This document shows, piece by piece, positions 1 through 9,467 of a stretch of 64,000 nucleotides of DNA. A model generated the notes under the pieces. It was not told the origin of the DNA, searched no databases, and saw nothing but the letters and a program-made list of their open reading frames with translations. The DNA is from a bacterium. GTDB lineage: Bacteria; Cyanobacteriota; Vampirovibrionia; Vampirovibrionales; Vampirovibrionaceae. Position 1 is the first letter of the stretch; every line of letters starts with the position of its first letter. The DNA lies in the NCBI GenBank assembly GCA_030429585.1, contig JAUIEU010000001.1:2147848-2211847 (forward strand), written 5' to 3'. Position numbers and translations under genes: made by a program.

Positions 1-906
1 GGCCATCGTTGCTTCTGTGTTGGTATAAAGTACAACTAATTTACCATTTTTATCTATGCCCATGGCACTTCGCTTTTTTGTGTCTGCCGCGCTTGTAGGC
101 ACTTGGTTAGTGCCGTTTCTAATAAGCATGGGCCCGTTTTGAAATGCAAAATCTATCGTCTTTTCAAATTTATTATTATTTTTCTTGGCCTTATCCCATT
201 GGTCGTACGTCATTAAAAAATATTTCCCCTTTTTATCTCGGCCAAAAATACCATTATTCCAATTAAAATTGTTCTTTTTAGTGGGGTCTGGCTTTACAAA
301 TGGCCGTGTAATATTACCCCCCTGAATAACGCCGCCATCGGTGTTATTACTGCTGCTGTTATTGATAGGCCCGTTTACAATAATCTCATCTTTGGGCAGT
401 ACCTGAATACCAGCTTTAGAGGCGTCATCGGGCTGAATTTTTAGGTCGGTTACACCATCAATAGTAATCACATCATAATCAGGGTCGGATGTATCCACTA
501 CCGCGTTTTTGGTGGTGGGCGTTGTCCCGCCCCCGCCACCGGTAGAGCCACCGCCGGTTACACTGCCGCCCCCAGTTGTACTGCCGCTGCCTGTGCTGCT
601 GCTGCCCCCTGTTGGTGCAACGGTATTGGTAGACGCCGCATTATTGCTGCTGTTGTTGTTATTGCTTACGTTTGGTTTGTTACCGCCACCAAACAAATTG
701 CTAAGCGGATTATTTTTGGATTTAGATAGCGCTAGTAATAATGCACCTATTAGTAGTAGCGGCAAAAATGTGTTTTTTTTGCGGCTGGTATTACTGCGGT
801 ACCCGGCGCGCGAGTAATTAACCTGGCGCGGAGGTGAAAATAGATTGGCCATAGCTGGTGCCCTAAAATAATTGCCGCCACCAAAGCCGTAGGATGCATA
901 ATTCAT
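1..906 (-). CDS. Secreted/anchored protein, 5'-partial in window (ATG at 904-906, C-terminus beyond position 1). It has an N-terminal TM helix, a G/S/T/N-rich linker and a phosphodiester glycosidase (NAGPA/DUF2233)-like region.
   Basis: My own translation of the minus strand gives an open frame from ATG (rc of 904-906) to the window edge with no stops. The translation has a hydrophobic segment (FLPLLLIGALLLAL), a long G/S/T/N linker, and the motifs 'FAFQNGPMLIRNG' and 'KRSAMGIDKNGKLVVLYT', which resemble the phosphodiester-glycosidase family. Codon usage is AT-rich. The 509..817 + poly-Pro ORF in the track is its antisense shadow. Confidence 0.4.
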   Translation of the reverse strand, partial: MNYASYGFGGGNYFRAPAMANLFSPPRQVNYSRAGYRSNTSRKKNTFLPLLLIGALLLALSKSKNNPLSNLFGGGNKPNVSNNNNSSNNAASTNTVAPTGGSSSTGSGSTTGGGSVTGGGSTGGGGGTTPTTKNAVVDTSDPDYDVITIDGVTDLKIQPDDASKAGIQVLPKDEIIVNGPINNSSSNNTDGGVIQGGNITRPFVKPDPTKKNNFNWNNGIFGRDKKGKYFLMTYDQWDKAKKNNNKFEKTIDFAFQNGPMLIRNGTNQVPTSAADTKKRSAMGIDKNGKLVVLYTNTEATMA

Positions 907-999
907 TCGTTAAGATTCCCCCATAATTATTCATATATAAACAATAATATGGAATATGGTGCTAATTTGTAACTAAATACAAACTAGGGGGCTCGTTAA

Positions 1000-3558
1000 T
1001 TATTTTAAAATCACAATGGTTTTGCCATCGCCGCCGTGGATGGCTTGGGCAATGCCGTAGGTGCTAACCAGCGGGCTTTGTTTTAAATACTGATGGACGG
1101 CTTGGCGTAACTTCCCTGTGCCCATGCCGTGGATAATGGCCACCACGCGATGGTTACCCAGAACAGCCTCATCCATAAAGGCTTCGGTGGCTTGCAGGGC
1201 TTCTTGCACACGCATGCCCACGAGTTTGCATTCCGCAGTAGGGAATTCGTCGCTAGGGTCGCGGTCGGTAGGTGGTGGGTCACCCGAACCGCCACCGCTA
1301 CTATGGTGGCTTCGAATGGGGCGGCCTAGCATATCTAGCTTTTTAGGTTTTTTGCTTTTTGGCTGCCGGTACTCAACCACGGGCACCACATCGCTAACGG
1401 GTACGGTAACGGTTAGGCCATTGCAGTTTAAAGTTAGGCGTTCTTTTTTTATGTCTAGGGCGGTAATGGTACCGCGGGTGCCTAGTTGGGCGCTATCGAC
1501 GGCCATGCCAATGGCCAGGTCATCTATTTTAACGCTTTCAATCAGGTCGCTGGCCAGGGTTTCTGTTTGTTTGGCGAGTGTATTGGCGCGTTTTTTGTGG
1601 CGTTGGGCGTGGCGTTCGCGGTGGCGGAAGTCGCCATCATCATCGGTTTTACGGAGGCGTTTACGGGTGTCGTTTACGTCGGCTTCTAGCTGTTGGAGCT
1701 GGTGGCGCAACCGCCGTTGAATGTGTTGGGTAAACTCGTGTTTTTTGCTGTGCAGGCTGGCTTCTACTTGGGCGAGCTGGTGCTCTTTTTCTGCCAGGGC
1801 TAGTTCCCGCTGGCTAAGGGTTTGCTCGTTGGTGCGCAGGTGTTGTTCTTGCTCGCCCAGGGTGGCCATTAAGGCTTCGGCGGCAGGGGCTTGCTGGCTG
1901 GCCGCGGTACGGGCGTGTTGAATAATCTCTTCAGGTAGGCCGTGGCGCTGGGCAATGGTTAGGGCGTGGCTGGCGCCAGGCAGCCCCACGGCCAGTTGAT
2001 AGGTGGGCGAGAGAGTGTCGACATCAAACAATACGCTGGCATTGGCAAAGCCGGTTTGTTGGGCGGCCACCCGCTTAAGTACCCCCAGGTGGGTGGTAAC
2101 CACCGTAATGGCGCCGTGGTTGTGTAGGTGCTGTAATACGGCTTCGGCCAGGGCGGCCCCTTCGGCAGGGTCGGTGCCGCTGGCAATTTCGTCAATAAGT
2201 AACAAGGTGCGGCTAAGGTCGGTGTGGGGCTGAACCCAGGCGGCGAGTTGTTCGATATGCCCGGAAAAGGTGGACAGGTTTTGGGCTAAATTTTGGGCAT
2301 CCCCTAGCACGGTGCCAATGGCGTGGAAAATACTTAAGCCGCTGTCGGGCTCGCAAGGTAGGTGAAGCCCGGCGCGTTGCATCCAGGCGCATAAGCCCAG
2401 TGCGGTAAGTAATACCGATTTTCCGCCGGTGTTAGGCCCGGTAATCACCAAGGTTTGTGGATGGTGTGGGCTACCCAGTTGCAGGGTGTTGGCAATAACG
2501 GGCTCGGGTACTTCGCCGCGCTGGCGTTGTTGGGCCCGCTCCCATACCAATAGGGGGTGGCGCAATGCCTTTAAATCAACGTGCTGGGGCTCGGCCAGTA
2601 CTGTTGCCGGGTGGGCCTCTAGGGCGATGGCGAGTTGGGCGGCAGCCAAGGTGGCATCTAGTTGGCCAATGGCGGCTTCCAGGGCGGTTAGGTCGGCGAG
2701 TAACGCGGCGATTTGTTGGCTGGCCGCCTGGCAAATGGCGGCAATGGCGTGGTCAATATCGCTGCTAAGCCGTTGGCGCTCGTTGTTTAGGGGGATAAGA
2801 GCATCGGGTTCTAGGTACACGGTTTGCCCACTGGTAGAACTATCCTGCACCATGCCTTTTATTTGGTGTTTAAAGTTGGCCAATATGGGGAGCACCATGC
2901 GGCCATTTCGCTCGGTTACCAAACGTTCTTGCACTTGTTTGGCATGGGTTGCGAGCAGTTGTTGGCCGGTGGCAGCTAATTTGTCTTCGTTGTGGCGATG
3001 TTGCTGCCGTAAGCGGGCTAGCTCTGGGCTGGCGGTATCTGCCACGGTGCCGTTGGGCAAAAACCATTGCTGCAAGGTGGCAGAAAGTTGGGCAACAGGT
3101 TTGGTGGCAAGGGAAAATGGGTGGGTGGCATCGTTGGTAGTGGGCCACGCGGGTTGGCCTGCCTGCTTGTGTAAGGTGCGCAGGTGGGTGTACCAGCCAA
3201 GTTGCAAGTGTAAATTGCTGGCCAGCTGGCCTAATTGCTGGGCGGTTAAGGCTTGCCCTAAGGTTAATAGTTTAGGGTGGGTAATAAGGGGTGGTAAGGG
3301 TAAGGTAACACCCGTCGGGAACTCGGGGATGTCGCGTCGTTCCAACCATTGCTGGCAGTGGCTAACGGCTTGCTGGTGTAGGGTAATGGCTGGCGCAGAG
3401 GTGTAGAATGTGGCGTTTGCCCAGCGTTGTTGGCCCACGTGGGTTAGGCAAAACCCGTTTAAAATATCGGCCAAGGTGGGCCAGCCCAACTGGGTAAGGC
3501 TGTGTTTATCGTGGGCAGGTAGGGCAGAAAAATGGGTATGGGTAGCAGTTGTAGGCAT
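1000..3558 (-). CDS. mutS2: Endonuclease MutS2 (MutS ATPase domain plus C-terminal Smr domain)
   Basis: Walker A 'ITGPNTGGKSVLLTALGL', MutS domain V motifs and a C-terminal Smr-like segment '...AIIHGMGTGKLRQAVHQYL'. Length 852 aa. Confidence 0.85.
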   Translation of the reverse strand: MPTTATHTHFSALPAHDKHSLTQLGWPTLADILNGFCLTHVGQQRWANATFYTSAPAITLHQQAVSHCQQWLERRDIPEFPTGVTLPLPPLITHPKLLTLGQALTAQQLGQLASNLHLQLGWYTHLRTLHKQAGQPAWPTTNDATHPFSLATKPVAQLSATLQQWFLPNGTVADTASPELARLRQQHRHNEDKLAATGQQLLATHAKQVQERLVTERNGRMVLPILANFKHQIKGMVQDSSTSGQTVYLEPDALIPLNNERQRLSSDIDHAIAAICQAASQQIAALLADLTALEAAIGQLDATLAAAQLAIALEAHPATVLAEPQHVDLKALRHPLLVWERAQQRQRGEVPEPVIANTLQLGSPHHPQTLVITGPNTGGKSVLLTALGLCAWMQRAGLHLPCEPDSGLSIFHAIGTVLGDAQNLAQNLSTFSGHIEQLAAWVQPHTDLSRTLLLIDEIASGTDPAEGAALAEAVLQHLHNHGAITVVTTHLGVLKRVAAQQTGFANASVLFDVDTLSPTYQLAVGLPGASHALTIAQRHGLPEEIIQHARTAASQQAPAAEALMATLGEQEQHLRTNEQTLSQRELALAEKEHQLAQVEASLHSKKHEFTQHIQRRLRHQLQQLEADVNDTRKRLRKTDDDGDFRHRERHAQRHKKRANTLAKQTETLASDLIESVKIDDLAIGMAVDSAQLGTRGTITALDIKKERLTLNCNGLTVTVPVSDVVPVVEYRQPKSKKPKKLDMLGRPIRSHHSSGGGSGDPPPTDRDPSDEFPTAECKLVGMRVQEALQATEAFMDEAVLGNHRVVAIIHGMGTGKLRQAVHQYLKQSPLVSTYGIAQAIHGGDGKTIVILK

Positions 3559-3567
3559 TGGTTAGGG

Positions 3568-4608
3568 CTACCCGTTTAAGGGGGCAAGTAATTGCTGGCT
3601 TGCGGTAATAAACCCATCCACATCTGGGGTGGTAAACACGTGGTGGTGCTGGCCAGGGTGTTTGGGTTCTATTAGGGGGACGGGGGCCCACTTGGTAACC
3701 AAGTGGGGCTGGTAGTACCCAATTACTGGGGTTTGGGCTGCTGCTGCCATATGAAGGGTGCCAGAATCCACGCCGGCAATAAAGGCGCATTGGGCGAGCA
3801 TGGCTTGGCTTTGCAGCAGGGTGGTTTGCCCGCAGTGGATAACAATTCGGTGTTGCAAGTGGTTGGGCAACGAGCGTTTTAATTGTTCGTAGGCGGGGGC
3901 GTCTTGCTCTGCGCCAAAGGCGTGGAAAATAAGGGGGTATTGTTCTAACAATGGCTGGCAGTAGGCGGTTAAAAAGTTAGGGGGCAGGGCCTTGGTGCGG
4001 TTACTGGTGGTGCCGTGTATAGCCGCATGGATAGGGGTTTCCGTTAGTTTGCTTTGGGTATAGGCGGCCCCTAGCTTTTGGGCCGCTATTTGGGCATCGC
4101 GTTCGCCCCACCAGGCTTCTAAGTGGGTATCCACAACGGCAATGTTGGCGGCCCGCAAGCCATCTAAAAAGCAGTCGTGCTCGGGCTTGTGTTTATCGTA
4201 GCCAAAGGCCTTGGTTAATAGGTAGCGGCGGCCTTCGGTATCAAACCCAATGCGTTTAGGTATCCAGCTTATCCAGGCCAGCAGGGCACTACTTAACGAG
4301 CGTTTTAACACGAAGGCCTGGCTGTAGCGGTTATGCCTAAATTGTTTAGCATATTGCCAAATGCTTTTGCGTGGTTGTGTTGGGTGCTTAGGGTTTTCGT
4401 AGGCGTGTTTTCGGGTGGTATCGTAGGTGATGAGTTGATTAATGTAGGGGCAATGCTGGAGTAATTCGCCGCTGTTTGGCCCGGCGAGCAGGTGGATTTC
4501 AGCGTCTGGGTAGGCGTGGCGAAGGTTCCGTAAAAATGGCACGGTTAGCACCGTATCGCCAATAAAGCGATACCGCATAACCAAAATTCGATGAGGATGT
4601 GCCGACAT
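3568..4608 (-). CDS. Glycosyltransferase family 9 (ADP-heptose:LPS heptosyltransferase-like)
   Basis: N-terminal 'ILVMRYRFIGDTVLTVPFLRNL' is typical of GT9 heptosyltransferases. The track ORF extends to 4674 but would overlap lpxK, so I trimmed to the internal Met. Confidence 0.7.
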   Translation of the reverse strand: MSAHPHRILVMRYRFIGDTVLTVPFLRNLRHAYPDAEIHLLAGPNSGELLQHCPYINQLITYDTTRKHAYENPKHPTQPRKSIWQYAKQFRHNRYSQAFVLKRSLSSALLAWISWIPKRIGFDTEGRRYLLTKAFGYDKHKPEHDCFLDGLRAANIAVVDTHLEAWWGERDAQIAAQKLGAAYTQSKLTETPIHAAIHGTTSNRTKALPPNFLTAYCQPLLEQYPLIFHAFGAEQDAPAYEQLKRSLPNHLQHRIVIHCGQTTLLQSQAMLAQCAFIAGVDSGTLHMAAAAQTPVIGYYQPHLVTKWAPVPLIEPKHPGQHHHVFTTPDVDGFITASQQLLAPLNG

Positions 4609-4630
4609 AAACCGATGAGGGGCCCCTAAT

Positions 4631-5806
4631 TTAGTGTTTGTTGGCCCTATTATGCCACCATTGGGTAATGGCATCTACGGGTAGTTGGGGGGCAATGGTA
4701 ACCACCCACCATTGGGTAGGGGGTGTGGCGGCCTGGGCAAGGTGGGGTGCCAGTTTTACCCAGTCTTTTTGGGTGGTAATAATGGGTAACCCGTCTGCTG
4801 TGGCCACAATGGTGGCAATATCGCCTGCGGTGTAGGGGTGATGGTCGGTATAGGTTAGGGTGTGGGCCAAGGTAATGCCGTGTGCTTGTAACATCGTGGC
4901 AAAGGCGGCGTTGTTGGCCAAACCGGATAAAGCCACACAAGGTTGTTGGGCTAATCCCTCGGGTATGGGCTGTACAGGGGTGTTGTCGGTTAGGGGCTGC
5001 TGCCATTCGGTAGGCTGAATGGGGGCTGTGGTAACGGCCCTGCCCCAATGGTGTTGAAGGCCTTGCTGCTGAAGGTAGTGCATAGCGGCTTGCTGCTGGG
5101 GGGCTGTGCCCTTGGTTACCCAACACCAGGTAGGGCGAACATTTCGGCTAAGGCTGGAAAGGGGCTCGCGGTAGGGGCCGGCGGGTAGCAAGGCAGCATG
5201 GGCTATTGGGGTGGTGCTATCTACTAAAATAATATCCACATCGCGCCCTAGTGTTTGGTGTTGGAAGCCATCATCTAAAATAAATACATCTGGGTGTAGG
5301 TGTGTTTCCGCCAGGCGGGCGTTATGGATTCGGTTGGGGCCTACCAGTACGGTGCCGCCAAGGGGGGCAATGGCTTGCTGAATCAACCACGGCTCATCTC
5401 CGTGGTGGGGGTGGCTGGGGATGGGCAGGCCATCCATGTTGGGGGTTTCTGTTGCCCCATACCCACGAGAAAGCACGACGACGGTGGCGCCTAAGCTAGC
5501 CAAATGTTTGGCAAGGGCAATAACAACAGGGGTTTTACCCGTGCCGCCTGTTGTTAGGTTACCCACGCTAATGGTGGGGGTTGCCAGGCAAGTTTGACGC
5601 AACACGCCAACACGCCACGCCCATTGCCAGCACCATAGCCCAATGCGGTACCCTAGGGCAGGCAAAGCCAATAGCCATTGCCCCCAGCGGGTGGGGTGGG
5701 TATGTTGGCGGGTAACCCAGTGGCGGATAGTTGTAAATACACACATGATTGTTGGCAGGCTACTATAAACAGGTGAGATAGTGGGGGGGTATTTTGCTAG
5801 GATCAC
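4631..5806 (-). CDS. lpxK: Tetraacyldisaccharide 4'-kinase
   Basis: P-loop 'VGNLTTGGTGKTP' and overall LpxK-like layout. The exact start is uncertain because there are several in-frame Met codons. Confidence 0.75.
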   Translation of the reverse strand: MILAKYPPTISPVYSSLPTIMCVFTTIRHWVTRQHTHPTRWGQWLLALPALGYRIGLWCWQWAWRVGVLRQTCLATPTISVGNLTTGGTGKTPVVIALAKHLASLGATVVVLSRGYGATETPNMDGLPIPSHPHHGDEPWLIQQAIAPLGGTVLVGPNRIHNARLAETHLHPDVFILDDGFQHQTLGRDVDIILVDSTTPIAHAALLPAGPYREPLSSLSRNVRPTWCWVTKGTAPQQQAAMHYLQQQGLQHHWGRAVTTAPIQPTEWQQPLTDNTPVQPIPEGLAQQPCVALSGLANNAAFATMLQAHGITLAHTLTYTDHHPYTAGDIATIVATADGLPIITTQKDWVKLAPHLAQAATPPTQWWVVTIAPQLPVDAITQWWHNRANKH

Positions 5807-5893
5807 TTGAGATCCTTACGGGGAGAATGGTAAGCTAAGCCTACGTTTACGGATATTTTTCTATTTTAGAATACTTTTGGGAGAACTCGCCAT

Positions 5894-7030
5894 ATGGCCA
5901 CCGCAGCACCACCAGCTTACAGCCCCGGTTTAGAAGGCGTTATTGCAGGTGAAACCGAGCTATCCTTTGTGAACCCAGAGCTAAAAAGCCTGATGTACCG
6001 AGGGTATGACATTCGGGATTTGGCAGACAACTGCTGCTTTGAAGAAGTGGCCTACCTAATGCTCTATGGCGATTTACCTTCTGCTAGCCAGCTAAGCGAG
6101 TTTAAAGCCGTGCTGGTAAAAGAACGTGCACTACCCAATGAGGTTGTGGACGCCATGAAAGCCTTCCCAAAAACGGTTCATCCCATGGACTCGCTTCGGG
6201 GTGCGGTAGCGTTGCTTGCGCTGCACGATGCCGAAGTGACCGATGGTAGCCACGACGCCAACGTGCGTAAAGCGATTCGTTTGCTGGCTAAAATCCCGGT
6301 AATTGTGGCTAATAACCACCGCCTAGCCGAAGGCCAACCTTGGGCGGATGGTGATGCGAGCTTGGGCCATGGGGCTAACTTTTTAGCCATGCTTAATGGC
6401 GAAGCCCCCAACGAAGAAACCGCCAAATTATTTGATGCCACCTTAATTGCTTATGTGGACCACGGGTTTAACGCGTCTACCTTTGCGGGCCGGGTAACCA
6501 CCTCTACTTTGTCGGATCTTCACTCCGGTATTGTCTCCGCCATTGGTACCTTAAAAGGGCCATTGCACGGCGGCGCTAATGAAGAAGCCATGAAAATGCT
6601 GCTAGAGATTGGTACCCCAGATAAAGCGGAAGCCTATACCCTAGATGCCTTGGCAAAGAAGAAAAAAATGATGGGTTTTGGCCACCGGGCTTACAAAAAT
6701 GGCGACCCACGCGCCTTTTTGCTGACGGAGAAAGCCGGCGAGCTGTGCGAGCGCACCGGTAACCAAAAATGGCATGAGATGGCCATGATTGTGCGCGATA
6801 CCATGATTCGGGAAAAGAACATTTACCCGAACGTGGATTTCCCCACGGCGTATGTGTACTACGTGATGGGCCTACCCATTGATATTTATACCCCTATTTT
6901 TGCGATTGCCCGTGTGGCTGGTTGGTCTGCCCATATTGTGGAGCAACTGGATAACAACCGCTTAATTCGCCCCAAGGCCAATTATACCGGCGCCCAGCAC
7001 AAACCTTTTGTGGCGCTAAATCAGCGGTAG
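5894..7030 (+). CDS. gltA: Citrate synthase (short, ~380-aa type)
   Basis: Motifs 'GFGHRAYKNGDPRA' and 'VDFPTAYVYYVMG' and the catalytic His/Asp context are typical of citrate synthase. Confidence 0.9.
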   Translation: MATAAPPAYSPGLEGVIAGETELSFVNPELKSLMYRGYDIRDLADNCCFEEVAYLMLYGDLPSASQLSEFKAVLVKERALPNEVVDAMKAFPKTVHPMDSLRGAVALLALHDAEVTDGSHDANVRKAIRLLAKIPVIVANNHRLAEGQPWADGDASLGHGANFLAMLNGEAPNEETAKLFDATLIAYVDHGFNASTFAGRVTTSTLSDLHSGIVSAIGTLKGPLHGGANEEAMKMLLEIGTPDKAEAYTLDALAKKKKMMGFGHRAYKNGDPRAFLLTEKAGELCERTGNQKWHEMAMIVRDTMIREKNIYPNVDFPTAYVYYVMGLPIDIYTPIFAIARVAGWSAHIVEQLDNNRLIRPKANYTGAQHKPFVALNQR

Positions 7031-7058
7031 TTGCCCCTGAGGATAGTATTTTTTAAAA

Positions 7059-7089
7059 GCATCACTCTTTTATGGGGTGGTGCTTTTTT
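7059..7089. terminator. Putative bidirectional rho-independent terminator between convergent gltA and the MCE gene
   Basis: Hairpin gcatcac...gtggtgc with one G-U pair, followed by ttttttg and preceded by an A-run. It overlaps the last codons of the MCE ORF. Confidence 0.3.
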
Positions 7090-8176
7090 GTGGGCTCTGC
7101 GGTTCATCGTCGGTTAAAAAGGTGGCGTGGGGCAGGTGGTGCTCTAACCACAGGCGAAAGTGCTGTAGTTGGCCGTGGGTGGCCTTAAGTTTACTGGGGA
7201 TAGGTTGCACCCCGCCTTGCAGGTTAAATAGGGCTAAGTTGTGTTGTAAGGCGTTAAGGCTGGGCTGCAGGGTACCTAGCTGGTTGTTAAGGTTATCTAG
7301 CTGTTGGCGGGCCTGCTGTACGGTGGTGTGGGTGTTGTGAAGGGTTGCTTGGGCGCTGGCCAAAGGGTGCTGATTTATGGTGATATCCAGCGCTTGCTGG
7401 GCGCGGGCGGTATAACCACTAATAGGCAGTAAGGTTTGGTTGGTGCGGGTTAAGGTGTTGTGGAGGATGGGGTGCAGTCTGTCAAAAAACCCAATTAACC
7501 GTTCCGTTTGGTGGGTGGCTTTTAGGCCCAGGGTGTTGGCCCTATCAATATTGCGCTGCATCAGGGCAATTTGCTCGGTAACGTTTTGGGTTTTGCCCCC
7601 TTGGCTTAATAGGTTAGAAAAACTTTCTGCCCCTAACTCAAGGTACGCATTAACCTCCATTTGGGCATGCATTACATCTCGCAGGCGCAGTGGGTTTTCT
7701 ATATTAATAAACTGTTGGCTTCGGCGGCTGTGGGGGGTCCATACAGGGTTTTTAGGCGGCACCAAGTGGACTTCCTTAGCCCCAGCCAGCCCACTAAACA
7801 CAATGTAGCCTTCAATATTGTCCGGCAACGTCGGGAGTTCTCGGTGGGTATTGGCCACCATGGCCACATCGTAACGGCGGGTGTTAAAAGGGATGCGAAC
7901 CTCTTCAATGGTGCCTACCAATACCCCCATAAAGTACACGTTAGAGCCAGGTTTCACGTCGTTGGCATCGCTAGAGTGAAGCAATAACCGCTGGGGGCCA
8001 AAATTGGGGTCAATAATCCGCAGATGGCCTCGCCACCACAGCAGTGCTAGTATTACGAGTAAAATAACACCGGCCCATAAGCATACATCGCTAGGCCAGC
8101 CGCACCACCAGCGCCAGCAGCGAGACGAAAAAGAAGGTTGTAGAGAAGAGGTTGCCATGGAATTAGGGGTTTTCAT
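7070..8176 (-). CDS. MCE/MlaD-domain protein with N-terminal TM helix and long helical C-terminal extension
   Basis: TM segment 'VILLVILALLWW' followed by an Mce-like domain ('NVYFMGVLVGTIEEV', 'IVFSGLAGAKEVHL'). Confidence 0.65.
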   Translation of the reverse strand: MKTPNSMATSSLQPSFSSRCWRWWCGWPSDVCLWAGVILLVILALLWWRGHLRIIDPNFGPQRLLLHSSDANDVKPGSNVYFMGVLVGTIEEVRIPFNTRRYDVAMVANTHRELPTLPDNIEGYIVFSGLAGAKEVHLVPPKNPVWTPHSRRSQQFINIENPLRLRDVMHAQMEVNAYLELGAESFSNLLSQGGKTQNVTEQIALMQRNIDRANTLGLKATHQTERLIGFFDRLHPILHNTLTRTNQTLLPISGYTARAQQALDITINQHPLASAQATLHNTHTTVQQARQQLDNLNNQLGTLQPSLNALQHNLALFNLQGGVQPIPSKLKATHGQLQHFRLWLEHHLPHATFLTDDEPQSPQKSTTP

Positions 8177-8240
8177 TCCGCGTGTGCTTCCGCCATACTA
8201 TAGCAAAGGTAGCGGTAACGTTTAATGGGGTTAAACGGAT

Positions 8241-8969
8241 TTGGTGGCAATACCACAACAGCACAGTAATACGATGCCTTACACGCAGCAAAAATGGCAC
8301 TTTTTAAAGCACCCAGCGGTGTGGGTGCTAGCGTTAGCTGTAATGTATGGGGCGTTGCCCTGGTTGGCCAATCAGGGGTTACCCTCGCTTGGCTTGCCCC
8401 GCATTACAGTCGTGATGTTGGTAAACAGCTTGGCATTGCTTGGGCTGGCAGCATTATGGCCGCCGTATCGTCAGTGGTTGTTTGGTAATAGTGCCTTGGG
8501 GTGGAAAACGGTCGCCTGGCTGGCCGCCTTGTTGTGGCTGGGCATGGTGCTTATTGGCCTGGGCTGGGCTGGGGTAACGTGGGTAAGCACAGGCCATTGG
8601 CCCTTGGCGGATACCCCGATAACCTTGCCCAACGTGGCCTTGGGTTGGTGGCTCAACTGGGTGGTGTTATCCCCCGTGGTGGAAGAAGGCTTGTTCCGTG
8701 GGTGGGGGCAGGGGGCGTGCATGGCCTTTGCCAAAAAAGTATTGCCCCACCCAGATAATACCAACACGGTAGCCTTTGGCATACTGGTGCCCGCTTTGTT
8801 GTTTGGTGGCTTGCACAGCCAATATTGGCAAACACCGTGGGCCTTGGTGACCACCCTGTTGTTGGGCCTATGGTTGGGGTGGGGCCGCTATCGGTATGGC
8901 AGTGTTGTGCCAGGGTTGTTGGCCCATATGGCGTATAACGCGATGGGGTTGGCGTTACTGGCCTTGTAG
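8241..8969 (+). CDS. CPBP (CAAX) family intramembrane metalloprotease
   Basis: Polytopic protein with 'EEGLFRGW' (the EExxxR motif) and a C-terminal 'HMAYNAMG' His motif. Confidence 0.7.
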   Translation: MVAIPQQHSNTMPYTQQKWHFLKHPAVWVLALAVMYGALPWLANQGLPSLGLPRITVVMLVNSLALLGLAALWPPYRQWLFGNSALGWKTVAWLAALLWLGMVLIGLGWAGVTWVSTGHWPLADTPITLPNVALGWWLNWVVLSPVVEEGLFRGWGQGACMAFAKKVLPHPDNTNTVAFGILVPALLFGGLHSQYWQTPWALVTTLLLGLWLGWGRYRYGSVVPGLLAHMAYNAMGLALLAL

Positions 8970-9389
8970 CTGGTTGTGTAGGCCCCGTAAGGCAAGCAGG
9001 TAGCCTTGGGCACCCAGCCCACTAATAATGCCAGTGGCTTGCGGGCTAACCAACGATTGTTTTCTAAACTCTTCGCGGGCAGCAATGTTAGAGAGATGCA
9101 CTTCCGTAATGGGGTGGGGGTAGGTGGCCAAGGCGTCGGCAAGGGCCACGCTGGTGTGGGTATAGCCGCCAGGGTTAATAATTAAGCCGGTAGTGGTGGT
9201 GCGGGCGGCTTGCACCCAGTCAATCAGTTCGCCTTCGTGGTTGGATTGGCGGCAATCGATGGTGACACCTAGTTCGGTGGCCAGTTGGGTCAGTTGGGCG
9301 TTAATATCGGCTAGCGTGGTGGTGCCGTAAATAGCAGGCTCGCGCTCGCCAAGTAAATTTAGGTTAGGGCCATGGAGTATTAAAATCAT
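8955..9389 (-). CDS. aroQ: 3-dehydroquinate dehydratase, type II
   Basis: '[18 protein letters not shown]...YG' N-terminus and a 144-aa length are typical of AroQ. Confidence 0.85.
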   Translation of the reverse strand: MILILHGPNLNLLGEREPAIYGTTTLADINAQLTQLATELGVTIDCRQSNHEGELIDWVQAARTTTTGLIINPGGYTHTSVALADALATYPHPITEVHLSNIAAREEFRKQSLVSPQATGIISGLGAQGYLLALRGLHNQLQGQ

Positions 9390-9467
9390 AGGGGTATTGT
9401 ACCGCTAAATAAAAAAGGAGGCTCGTCGTAACGAGCCTCCTTTAAAGGGTTAAGGGGTTGCCTTGGC

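Noticed and set aside
509-817. 102-aa plus-strand ORF rich in Pro/Leu
   Set aside because: It is the antisense shadow of the G/S/T-rich linker of the minus-strand gene 1..906. Its composition (poly-P from GGN repeats on the other strand) is an artefact.
1083-3406. Many nested ORFs (for example 2429..3406 + and 1118..1720 +) inside mutS2
   Set aside because: They lie entirely within a well-supported long CDS on the opposite strand or frame and are Trp/Arg/Cys-rich, which is typical of antisense GC-rich noise. The same reasoning applies to the nested ORFs inside fusA, purA, photolyase, ugd, ribBA and the other long genes.
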